Shown here: positions 35,228 through 47,207 of the stretch, piece after piece
How the letters are laid out: each line of letters opens with the position of its first letter
How positions within the stretch are numbered: the first letter of the stretch is position 1
Assembly: GCA_039545335.1 (NCBI GenBank)
Contig: BCIN01000001.1
Coordinates: 860,208-924,207 of the forward strand
Source: Kondoa subrosea
Taxonomy: Eukaryota
DNA: 64,000 nt
Direction: 5' to 3'
The notes under the pieces: generated by a model
The model's database searches: none
Seen by the model: the letters and a program-made list of their open reading frames with translations, nothing else
Told to the model about the DNA's origin: nothing
Position numbers and translations under genes: made by a program

Positions 35228-36669
35228 ATGTCCTTCGCTCATGCGCCTGTAAGCAAAGGTGAGTCGCAATGTCGTCTTCATTTCGGTCTGTGCCCCAAAT
35301 ATCGCTGCTCCATCAGGCCTGGTCATTGTTCTTTCACTTCTATCTGTTATTGCATCTTCCTTCAATGTCAAATACCTCTTCAATGTCCCTCTTGCCTATG
35401 TCACAAGAGATTTGCAGGTCTGCACTTCCCTTCTTTGTGATCCCTCTATTCCGAAATTGATGTATGAGGTAGCTATGGCGACTCCTCACCCATCATTTTG
35501 CATTCACAAACAGCTCGGAGCTCTTTGCTGCTGTACTCTTGCTCTTTAACATCGGCGTAACAGTAGAAAGGTATAATACCACTTTGATTATCTTCCCAAA
35601 CCTGCTAATCAGATAGTTAGACTTTGGGGTTCAAGAAAAATGAGCGTAGATGGCCTTTCCAGCGGTCTTGAGCGCAAGAGCTGATCTATCGGAATACAGA
35701 GCTTCGTCATTCTTTCAGCTGGAATCACATCATTGCTGGAACTTGCCGCGCTGGCACTGCTCTCTGCTCTCGGTATAGGATCAGGCAGTCTCCCAGCAGG
35801 ACCCTTCGGGGTGCTAATAGCAATCACCTATCAGTACTATCGTAAGTCCTGTCACTTTCTAAATATCCCTAGCTGGATGCGTGCAGACAGGTATGGTTCC
35901 AGCAACTTACCATTTCCGCATCTTTGGCATGTCTTTCAGCAATAAAGCACTTCAATACTTCTTTGTTGCACAATTACTAGGAAGCAATCCTGCTCAATCT
36001 TTCTTACCTGGCTGGTGCGGACTAATAACGGGTTATTTGATTCGAAGCGATCTTTTCGGATGGCGACAGTTCCGTCTCCCTTTTATCATCACTTCTTTCT
36101 CTTCCAGATTCCTTCGGCCTCTCAGTGAGTCCAGATTTGGCTACCTCTGCGGCCAGTATGACTATTTTTCTTATGTGATTCGATAGTCGGCTCAACGAAA
36201 ACTCAAAGACGGTCGACTCGGACAGTAATAGGCGAAGACGATGAAGCAAACACCTTCGCAGCATCAGGTATCACATCAGCCATGTCTGTAGCGGCAGGAA
36301 GACAGAACGCTTCTCGTCGAGCTGCATCTGGCAACTCTGCCGCGACACCTGCCGTGACGGCTGCAAGCACGACTGGGAACGCTTTAAGAGAATGGAGAGC
36401 TACTCTAGGTGGGCAAGCAATATCCGCAGTAGATGCAGACCAGGTCAGTGTACTTCAATCCCACATTTAGATTGCAAGCTTGATTGAGTGCTTGCCATAC
36501 ATAGGTTGCTAGTCTGGCCGCTATGTTCCCAGGACATTCGAGGGTACAACTTGCTCTTCAGATGCATGGACTTGCTGATGAAGTTGAACAGGATCGGATA
36601 GCGACAGCATTAAGATTGAGTAACAACGATACGTCTAGAGCTGTGGAGTCCTTGCTAGCACAAGGCTGA
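35228..36669 (+). CDS. DSC2: DSC E3 ligase complex subunit Dsc2 (rhomboid-like pseudoprotease + UBA domain)
   Basis: MSFAHAPVSKG, QLWRLLTHHFAFTNSSEL, ER.WGSRK, PAGPFG, YYRMVPA. C-terminal UBA: QVASLAAMFP..SRDRIATALRLSNNDTSRAVESLL. Confidence 0.88.
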
Positions 36670-36923
36670 CTGAGATGAACGGACCCAAACTATCTTACAT
36701 AGCCTAATGCTGCACTTAGAGCGAAACAGTCTCGACTGTTGCTGAGTACTGTCTTTTGGTCTTTGAAGATCCACATCATCAAGCGAGAAGCAGTACACTC
36801 TTCTATCTCATTTGAATTCGACGAGACAGCGTTGAGGTCCGAGTAACAACGACACGTCTAGAGCTGTCGAGTCCTTGCTAGCACAAGGCTGACTGAAATG
36901 AACGGATCCAAACTATTTTACAT
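36603..36923 (+). repeat. Imperfect direct repeat of ~98 bp: 36603-36700 and 36825-36923 (DSC2 last exon plus start of 3' UTR)
   Basis: Both copies read gacagc..gagtaacaacgaYacgtctagagctgtSgagtccttgctagcacaaggctgactgaRatgaacggaYccaaactatYttacat. Confidence 0.93.
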
Positions 36924-36940
36924 CGACAAAGCACAACCCA

Positions 36941-39900
36941 TCACAACTCCTCGCATAGTACAGAATCCTCTCGAATGAAATTGACCATGTAGCCGTCAAC
37001 CGTTCCGGCTGATGAAGAATGAGCTCTGAGGTAAATGGTGAGCAGACCAACGTACAAAGATCATCTTCGTCGTCAAGCGCTTCTTCAACCTCTTCGCCAT
37101 CGACATTACCAGCTTCAGCTTTCCCTGACTGTTCTTTCGACTCAGCTTGGGCTTCTTGATCCTCGAAATCCTCTCCATCGATGACAAGTTCCTCTTCAGC
37201 TAATTCAGCAGCTTCAACATCTTCCTCATCTTCTGCAGCAGCTAAAGCTTCCAGGATCTCAGCTTTCGTAGGCCCAGCCACTGGCTCAACCGTTTCTTCT
37301 TCAGGTGCTGATGTGTCAAGGACTTTCTGCCGTTTTTCGCTTTCGATCTCTTGCACCAGCTTGTCACCAAGCATATCCCGCCAATCCATCTTTGCAAAAT
37401 ATTCAGTCGTGAAGTCGCCTTCTGCGATGACCATGTTGTCGAGCATCTTTTTCTGATTGGCCTTGCGAAGCATATTCTCTTCGATAGTTGCTTCACAGAC
37501 AAAGCGGTAGATGTGCACGTCTCTCGTTTGACCAATACGATGACACCGATCTTGACATTGACGATCCATAGCACTGTATGGTAACTGCTAAGCCTTATGT
37601 GGAAGCTATTATGAATGGGCTCACGGGTTCCAATCACTGTCATAGAAGACAACGGTATCCGCTCCAGCTGGACATCTCGTTATTATCATGAATTCCGGTG
37701 CGAAGAGAACAAAGCTTACTAAGATTGATACCCAAGCCTCCAGCGCGAGTGGAAGAAATAAAGCAAAGAATGCGAGAGTCGGTATTGAAGCGCTCTGTCA
37801 GGATCTGGCGCTGTTCGACTTTTGTAGAGCCATCTAAGCGCAAATAGCGATGCCCGTGGAAGCTGAGGAAAATTTCCAGGATATCCAATACTTTGGTCAT
37901 CTGAGTGAAGATCAGAGCACGATGATTGCCCTCTTTCAACGATCGAAGAAGTTCATCTAGCTTTTGCAATTTGCCGCAATCGTACTGTATAAGTGATCGA
38001 TCTGGGAAGGCGATGGCGAGCTTTGTATTGGCTAGGTGAATGTTTTGTAGCTTGTCGATATCAAATTCATCGGCCAGATCTTCCTCATTTATACCGTTGA
38101 GTGCTCGTTTGGCTAAGTCTTTCGCTACCACTGTGGGAGTTGCAAAAGCAAATTTGGATATGATCTCGCTCATGGCTTCCGAGCGATTGTCGTAGCTTGT
38201 CAGGAAGCGAGATACAGATGTTTGTCGCTGCGTCGCTTCAGGGGAAAGACGGGTATCGGAATGAGTCAGCGCTGGCAAGAGAGCGACAGAGTCGATGGTT
38301 TCAGAGGAAAAGATAGGTTCTGCTTTGCAACGCGCGTTATTTTCTTGAACTTGTCGGTCGATTCGTTGCAGCGCTAGATCGTACCGCTTGCTTTTCAGAT
38401 ATTCTTTCCAGCCATGCACAGTCCGCACGTCGACAGGCGCCGAAAGGTTTTTAGGTCTAGCAATTTGCTGTTCAATGAGGATGCGTCGGAGTTGATCTGA
38501 AGCATTGAGACGCTGACTTTCGACCGCGGCGTGGCTCGAGCGACCAATCACCAAGGGTCGAGATTCGGCGAAGTGTTCATCTTCTTCCGCCAATAAGCGC
38601 TTGCGGACGATGAGATCATTTACCTCGAAATCGCTAGCCACTGGGCGAGGCATCGCTAATGAGGTGACGACAGGTCGGACTTCAAATAGATCTGGATGGT
38701 TGCAGACCTTTCGTAGCTGCATGAGGCAGTTGATGATGCTGAGGAAATGTCCTGAAGATAGGGTATCGCGAGTCTGTGCTCGACTCATGAACTCGTCGTA
38801 CAGATATCGTTGACGCTTTGATAGGCGGCAAGTGATGATATGTTCGTATTTGCCAGGCATTTGTGTTTCGACATCTGCTTTAAGTCTGCGCAGAAGGTAA
38901 GGCCGCAAGATGGTATGTAGTCGAGATATAGTAGCACGTGTCTCTTCGTCCATAGGTTGCCCACTCTCGATGGCTTTCTCCATGGGATTGCTATAGTCCT
39001 GCATTAGGTTAAAGCTCTTATCGATCAGACATGCACTGACCTGAACCATTCCTGAAACTCGCTATAGTCTGCAAATGGGCCACTAGTACCACTCATTCCT
39101 TCAGGCATCAGGAAGTAGAGTAGAGACCACAATTCCATGAGATTATTTTGCAGGGGAGTACCGGTTAGCAGAAGTCGTCTTTTAGTGTTGAAACCTAGTA
39201 AAGTCTGCCAGCGCTGAGATTGGAAGTTCTTGATATGATGTGCTTCGTCCAGCACCATGTAGTGCCATGGCTTTCGCCGGAACATATGCTGATCGGCGAG
39301 AACAAGTTGATACGAAGTAACACAGACATGAAAGGCGTTTTTTGTGTTCCAGCCCTTGCGCTTCTCTTTCCGTTCTTTGATGCTACCATAGTAGGTAAGG
39401 ACTTTGAAACCAGGCAAGAACTTCTTGAATTCCATCTCCCAATTGAGCATCTGCGGACTGATTAGTCAGGCCAGCTGTGCCGATGACGATTGACGTACAA
39501 CACTGGTCGGGACGACGATCAGATGTGGACCCCATACACCCTTTTCACACGCAAGCCACGCGAGGAGAGAAATAGTTTGCAAGGTTTTGCCTGAGTTGAT
39601 TTCTCAGAACAATTCTCGCTCATACTCTCAGCTTGCTTACCTAGACCCATTTCATCTGCAAGAATACCATTGAGACCGTTAACATACAGACTGGCAAGCC
39701 ATTCTAGGCCAGCTTTTTGATACGGTCGTAATGTTCCTCGCAACAAGAAGGGTATTTTCACTTTGATGTGTTCCTCTGATGTATTAGAGCTGTGTTGCGA
39801 GATTGCATCAGACATCTCAGCATCTTCTTCTGCTTGCGGAGAAGCTTCCTCGTCAGAAGTAGCTGTCGGGCTGTGGTCGAGACCGTTGGCCAGCGGCGGT

Positions 39901-42170
39901 TCGGACGTTTCTGGCTGATACCCGCCGAGTAAAGCTTCTATTGGCACATCCGCTTCTGCTGCGAGAGCTCTCATTTCTTCGTCATCGTCTTCTGATTCGG
40001 CTTCATCTTCATCCATCGCATCATCAAATTCCACATCAGCTTGTTCTTGACCCTCATCTGGAGGTGGAGTGAATTCTACATCTTGATCTACTTCTTCTGT
40101 CGCTTGGTGATCTTCCGCAATTGAAGATGGAATGTCGGGAGCCGGGGATGCGAGAGTGGAAACACCTTCTGCGGAAGCCGACGCGGCGTCTTGCTTGTTC
40201 TGATCAGTCTCAGAAGCCTCTGGTAAGCCTTCTGGCCGAGTTCCGTAATTATACTTCTGCATGAGTTCCTCGATGGTAAGATTTGCGTCGTTCAGCAATC
40301 CTTGGTCTTCATCGCTTTCTTGACCAGCACCTTCGATCGGCGCTTCGTCCTCTTCTTCCATCTCTTTGGCAAATTCCTCGTCATCAATATCTCGCATAAT
40401 CTCTTCCTCGTCCGCGAATTCGCCATCAGGGTCTTGAGTGATAGATCGGCTTTCATCTAGACCAGATCCATCTTCTTCTTCTTCCTCGTCGTCTTCCTCG
40501 ATAGTATGGTCTGAGAAAGAATCTTCTTGATCATTTTGAGCAAGATCATCTTTGCGGGCAGCTAAGAATTGAGAAGATTTTTCTAGTATGGCATTGAGCG
40601 CTTCTTTGCCTTTCCGCTCCATTTCTTCCCGCTCTTCTTGATATGCTTGAGCGCGTATAAGCTGTGGTATAGAAGAAACTGGAATCAGTCTATGACACTG
40701 ATATTGTACTCTAATACCCACATTAGCGGCCATGACCCATTTTTTCATAACTTGCTTCGCAGTCCATTTAGCCAAAGCTCTCAATACTTTCTCTTGTCTT
40801 TCTCGTTCTCTTTCTTCCCTATTCTCAACCTGATCGAAATACTCCATAATCATTCGAGACACTTTCTTGCCTGTACTAATCTTGAACTTTCTTTCATCGT
40901 GTACTAATTTCGATAAGCCCGCAACGGCTTCAATAAGAGAATCTTCGTGATCCCCTTCTTTCCTTCTAATACTTTCTCGGTGATACGTTTTTCGATCTGG
41001 GTTTAAAGAGTTCAAACGACCTTCGTTTCGGTAAAGAGTGATTCGATCAAGAGTCAAAGCTTCGTTCGTGCTTCGTGTGGTAAAATCTCTGGGTCTTTCA
41101 TCATTGCCTGTAATGTCTGTAATAGACACATAGGAAGAGAGGAAATTGGACAGCGTTTCTTTTTCGGGGATAGCTAGAGGACGTTGATCTGGATGAGTGT
41201 AATCTGGTTCTTCTGTACAAATAGGTTCTTCATCTGGAATTTCGAGGCGAATACGTTTCAGAGGTTCGGTAAAAGGTGAGAAATCTTTGAGGAGTTTGCG
41301 TTTGGGTAGAGCAGTCACTCGAGCAGCTTTCGCAAGTGGTTTGCTTTCAAGGGTAGGAGAGGTATAACGAGGCGGATCTGGATCATATTCTTCGACTGGC
41401 TCAATCGCCACACTTTTGCGACCGCCTCTGCCTCTTGCACGACCTCCGCGACCTCTTTTGGAGCTCGTTGCTACAGGTGCTGGTTCGATGAAGATCTCTT
41501 CGGGTATGGCAGGTTCGGTTTCTAAGGGAACTTCTTCGAGCAGCTCTTCTTCGATAGGCGTTTCTAGCTTAATAGGAGCACTCTTGCGACCTCTTCCTTT
41601 GCCCTTCTTGCCTTTAGTAACAGGTGGTGGCATGTTCTGTTCGTCCAGCAAAGGCAAATCAATTGGAGCAGAATGCCGTTTGGATTTAGCTGGAGCTTTC
41701 TTTGGCGAAGGTGGAAGATCAGGTAAGGCTTTCGTAGCAGGTATTCCTAATCCTTGATTCCTTTCGGTCGCCGCTCTTCTCGTAGTCCGCATCCTAGGTC
41801 CAGCAGGTTGCGTTAAAGAAGTAGCCTCTACAGCATTACTAAGATCAAACTGCTTTGAGAAGTCTTGCCAAACTCGAGAATTGTCTGCTTTTGCTATAGC
41901 TGGATCAAAGTAAACCATAGAAGTAACTCTGTCCATATGAAAGAGTTCTCGAACATGAGTGTCATGCGAATCTGCTACTCTTTCTATCGCATTCTGTCTC
42001 GCTTTAACCAGATTATCGCGAGTGATTGCTTCAGGTATCATAGAGGCAGCGGCTTTGCCTTTCTTGTTGGACCGAATGTAAGGAACATGACCTTTTGGCC
42101 AGAGATCAGGGAAAGATGCATCCAGAGTGACAGCGCTGGTCGAAGGCTGAGGCTTCTCGTCCAAGTCCAT
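36941..42170 (-). CDS. SWR1: SWR1 helicase (Snf2-family H2A.Z exchange ATPase)
   Basis: HSA-like segment. [49 protein letters not shown]. Long split-ATPase insertion, [23 protein letters not shown]. Start and last exon are approximate. Confidence 0.95.
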
Positions 42171-42378
42171 GCTGAGCAAATCCCTAGATGCATGAATATT
42201 CAGCACCATGATTGCTATTTTGTGCATTTCGCTTTCTTGGACATACACGGATTCCTTCGATTCGCTTTTTCAAGCACGCGAAGGACACTGGTGGACGATT
42301 TGCAGAGACTACACGCGCTGGGCGACCGTGCTGTTTAAGGCTTATTTGGTGGAACAAGTTTAAGGCAACTTCAGCAAA

Positions 42379-43834
42379 ATGAGTCTGAACACGCGAATCC
42401 AAAGTGTGGATGCCGATCAACTGCAAGAGTCTGGATTGGAACTCATAGAAGCTTGCAAATTATCGGATCATGAGAAGATCAAATCGCTCGTCCAGAAAGG
42501 TTCAGCTGCTTGGGTGCAAGACGATCAGGGATGGACAGCACTTCACTATGCTGCTGGTAAGTATCTTCTTCTGGCATGAAAAGCAGAACTCAAAGATTTT
42601 GTAGGTCTGTCTAGCCGTTTTTAATTGAGTCGATACTGAACTTATGATCTTGTAGAATCTGGTGATTCTGATTTATGCGAACTATTGCTAAGAAATGGAG
42701 CAGTATGGAACATCACAAGCAATACAGGCCATGTATGTGCTTTCCTTTTGCTTAACTTGCGTTACTGATAGGAAGGAAGACTGCAGCAGATGTAGCTTTT
42801 TCGCTCAACCACGAACATACCTATGCTGTCCTACTCAACGAAGGTATCCGTCATCAAATGCTGCAAGCTATTTTAGGAGAAGGATCTGAAGATGAAGAAG
42901 ATGAGGAAATGACTGAAGAAGTATTAGAACCTGCATCAACTGCTTCGAACAATGCGGCCTTCCTCAAAAGTCGCTTACGATTTCTTACTACCGATAGTGG
43001 TCAAGAGATATGCGTAGATGAGGAAGATAATGGAGTTATGATGGGATGGGAAAGTGGAATCATGAAAGCGACAGCTGCAGCGTTATGCAAAGATCATCCG
43101 TATGCTGATGAACTAGCAGTCGTTAACTGCGGATTCGGTTTAGGTATAGTAAGTCCGCTCTTTGAACTGTACTTCCATTTTTGATTAAGCAAACAGATAG
43201 ACGAAGCTCTCCAATCCTACAAACCCAAACGTCATGTTATCATTGAAGCACACCCAGATGTTCTAGCTCGAATGCGCTCAGGTGGATGGTACGAAAGACC
43301 TGGAGTGGAGATCTTTGAAGGCCGATGGCAAGATTGGCTATCTGGTATGGCTGAAGAAGAAGGTGTTGGACTCTTCGATGCATTGTACTGGGATACTTTC
43401 TCGTGAGCTAAGTCTGCGCTCTTCTTATGCTCCAGACTGACGATGAAGTAGAGAGCATTATCGAGATCTGCACGAATTCTTTGATATACTGCCAAACCTC
43501 ATGCGTGACGAGCATTCTCGTTTCTGTGAGTGTCTTGCATTTTACTGCGTGGACTTGGTCTTAGAGTTCTATAGCTTTCTTCCATGGTCTGGGAGCTACG
43601 TCAAGAACTTTTTATGATGTTTACACATCAGTTGCGGACATGCATCTGCAAGAAGTAGGGATTAAAGTTCAGTGGAGCGAGGTGCCTGTAGAGGACAGCG
43701 AAGTTACTTGGAATGGTATAGTGAGACGGTACTGTACGTAATTTTGCATGATTGCGTTCTCAAATCTGACCTTTCGTGTAGGGAACGTGCCGTCTGCTTA
43801 CAGATTGCCGCTAGGAAAGTTGGGCATAGATTAA
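42379..43834 (+). CDS. RMT2: Type IV arginine N-methyltransferase 2 with N-terminal ankyrin repeat
   Basis: GWTALHYAA ankyrin motif, NGVMMGWE, VNCGFGLGIID, HVIIEAHPDV, YWDTFSEHY, SFFHGLGAT. Confidence 0.93.
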
Positions 43835-44085
43835 TTAGATCAAATCGAGAAGTGTACGGCAGCGCACATGCAAAAGAGAAAGTGAAGTTTCAACGAAAGA
43901 TGGCAAGAAGGGAAATGAGAAAAAGGACAGCAACGGGACAAATAGCTTGAGATCAATCATTTCATTTCATTGCATCCATTTCATCCCTTGAAAGCCTAAT
44001 ACATAGATAATTGTTACCTAGGCGGGATCCGTCATTAATACAAATTTTGTGACAGACATACAATGGCACTCACATATTGAGTGAC

Positions 44086-44641
44086 TTAGTTAGACTGGGC
44101 CTTTTGGCTGTAGCCTTCAGACTTGGCGTTGTGGGCTGAAAGTATGAATGAGTACGGAAACCAAATCATCGTCAGTCCAGATATCCTTACAAGATTCATC
44201 CATCTTGTCAGAGACGGCATCCTTGGCAGCGGTCATACGAGTGGAAGCAGAGGCGTTGGACTACAGCAGCCAAGCAGAATAAGGAAATAAGTCCAGATGG
44301 CGGGAAGTCTCAACTTACGTCCTTGGCAACGCTCTTGTTGGCCTGCGTGCACTGTAAGCATTAACTAGCACGGGGCAAAGAGACTGTGAACTAACCTCCT
44401 TGGATGCTTCGGCTCCAGATCCTATTGCGGTGGAATAACAGTCAGATAATGTTCATATCATGCATGAACAACAGCTAACCTTGAACAGACTCGACGACGG
44501 AGCTACACCACGAGCATGAGATGAGAAAAGGCAAGACCGAGCGAAGGCGGGGCATGCTCACTTAACGGTGTCCTGTGTGCAATTAATCAGTATCAATGCG
44601 CCCATACAGATTCCGAAGCTACATACTTTTACGGTCTGCAT
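44086..44641 (-). CDS. GRG1: Glucose-repressible Grg1-family small protein, 7 exons
   Basis: MQTVK|DTVN|SVVESVQ|GSGAEASKE|ANKSVAKD|SNASASTRMTAAKDAVSDKMDES|SHNAKSEGYSQKAQSN*. ASKEANK.VAKDS and AAKDA..DK are Grg1 motifs. TATAAAA lies about 90 bp upstream. Confidence 0.88.
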
Positions 44642-45638
44642 GTTTAAGGTTTGCGAATAGAGTTGTTTGAGTTGTTTGGAAGTTTGAGTAGGAAGTGGTT
44701 TGGGAGAAGAGGCAGACGTGTCAAAAACAAGCCTTTTATAGTCGACAAATACGTCATGAGTGTCCCGAGCCGCAATAGGGCATAGCGCAAGCCCAGACAC
44801 GAGAGGCTTGTAAGGCGGCAAGAAGATTTACGTGAGAAGCAATAAACGGGAGGCGGAAGTTAGCCAAATAATTGGCCAATGAAACACAATGCGGGTCGGA
44901 ACATGTCGTTTACATACGTGTTCATTACTTCTGCTGCCTTCATCCGAAGGTGATGTATTGCCGCACAGTAGGGTATATGTAGGACTCAGATGGATAGAGC
45001 AGGCAGTGGAGAGCGAGCATACCTCCCAGCAGAGAAGGCAGCAAGAAAGCTCCTTCATTCATAAAGGAAGATCATCGAGCCGGTGCAAAGAAACTCACAG
45101 AGGTCCCTACGTATCATGCGCAGAGACGAATCAAGCCGAACCTTCCTTCTCTTTTCAACTCGAAGTGGGAGCGATCGCAAGTACATGGAAGTGTCAAAAG
45201 CCCAGAGCGAGATTGACCAGTCGCCTCCAATATTGAGTTGACTGGTCGTCGTATAGATAGAAGTAGTAGCAGCCTGACCGAGCGCTCTGCCAAACGAAAC
45301 ACCGCAAAACACTGCACACAAGCATGACGAGCTGGTCTATGCGAGAACGAGATCCAGAAGCTCGGCTGCTTCTGTCGCATGACAGGCATCGCATACATGC
45401 ATTCACTGTTGTGAGCATGCGTGGAATCTGGACAGAAAGAAGATGCTGATACGCTCATCAACGCGATGTGATGCTGAAGGACAGAAAGAGAAGCATAGAT
45501 CGCATAGTGAAGACACCAGGAACGAAATTCAGGTCTCAATGTGCTACAGGGCTGCATAGAAGCTACAAGATTGACTGTTGCTCTCCAAGACCACGAAATT
45601 TCAAATTTCCAGGAATCAATACTCAATAAGAAGCCGCC

Positions 45639-47147
45639 ATGTCAAGCGTAGAAGAGAAGCTCGAGCTGATCACGAGGAACCTGCAAGAGACCTTAGGCGA
45701 AGACATCATCCGCGCTGCTCTGGTCGAATCTGAGAAAACTGGTAAACCTGTCAAGCTGTACTGGGGAACTGCAACCACTGGCAGACGTGAGCTGTTGCTG
45801 TAGATTGCACAGAAGTATGCTCATTGAAGTCATCAGCTCATTTGGGTTACTTTGTACCGACGACAAAGATTGCAGATTTCCTACGAGCTGTGAGTCATTC
45901 ACTAACTCGCTCACCCATTTGCTTATTAATTGCATTTGCATTCAGGGAGTACATGTCAAGGTTCTGCTGGCTGGTCAGTCATGCGTTCATGTCAATTCTC
46001 TCAACTCACGCGAAGACAGACGTGCACGCTTTTCTGGATAATTTGAAAGCACCAGTAGAGCTAGTAGCTCATCGAGTCACCTACTACTCTCGAATCCTTC
46101 TTGCCGTCTTCAGATCAATTGGCGTCCCAACAGACCGGCTTGAATTCGTTACTGGATCTTCTTACCAATACGATCCAAAATACAATCTAGACAAGTACAA
46201 GCTATGCTCGATAACTTCTGAACATGATGCGAAACGAGCTGGTTCGGAGGTAGTCAAGCAGACAGACAGCGCACCGCTCAGTGGTCTGCTTTACCCTTTG
46301 CTGCAAGCGCTAGACGAGGAGTATTTGGATGTGGATATTCAGTTTGGTGGTGTCGATCAGGTCAGTAGATCGGGCTGTTCGCTGACTTAACTTCAGCTGA
46401 CATCCCCCTTTGACTTGACAGCGCAAGATCTTCATCTATGCAGAGTCATACCTACCGAAGATCGGGTACAAGCGAAGAGCGCATCTCATGAACCGAATGG
46501 TACCTGGTCTAGCAGGCGGCAAGATGTCTTCATCGGATCCGAATTCCAAGATTGATTTCCTCGACGGGCCTAATGTAGTAAAGAAGAAGATTTCAGCAGC
46601 TTACGCAAATCCAGGAGAAGTGGAAGGCAACGGTCTTTTAGCTTTCCTCAAATCAGTCTTATTACCTATCGCCTCTCTCAAAATGTCTTCTGATTCAACT
46701 TCTCGTTCTCCTTTCATCACACCAGATGCACCGGAAGGTTCAGTCTTCTCTATCAACAGACCTGAGAAATACGGTGGACCAATTCATTACTCGTCTTACG
46801 AACAAATAGAAGCAGCTTATGCCGATACTTCGCTATTCCCAGCAGATTTGAAAATGGGGATAACGGAAGCTATCAACCTTTTACTTGCGCCAATTCAAAA
46901 AGAGTTTGAAGAAGATCCCGCTTTCAAAGAGATTGAGAAATTAGCTTACCCACCACCTGAAGCACCGCAAAAGAAACAAAAAGTGAAAAAAGTCAACCCG
47001 AGATTTGCTAAACCTGCAGAGGGAAGTGAAGGGAGTCAGAGTAAAGCAGAGGGAGAAGTACCAGATCCACCAACTGATGGAATCAAGAATGTCACGCTTG
47101 AAGAGGGAGTCAAACAATTAGAGGAAAATAGAGGTGTTCCTCAGTAA
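45639..47147 (+). CDS. TYS1: Cytosolic tyrosyl-tRNA synthetase
   Basis: [10 protein letters not shown](P)HLGY (HIGH motif), [38 protein letters not shown]. Confidence 0.96.
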
Positions 47148-47207
47148 GAGAAGCAGCTATCTATAACATGCAAGGGGATTATAATACTAGACACTAGAAT
47201 ACAAACT

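Noticed and set aside
44828..45626. Several overlapping 75-170 aa ORFs between GRG1 and TYS1
   Set aside because: No coherent splice model or protein motif. Treated as divergent promoter region.
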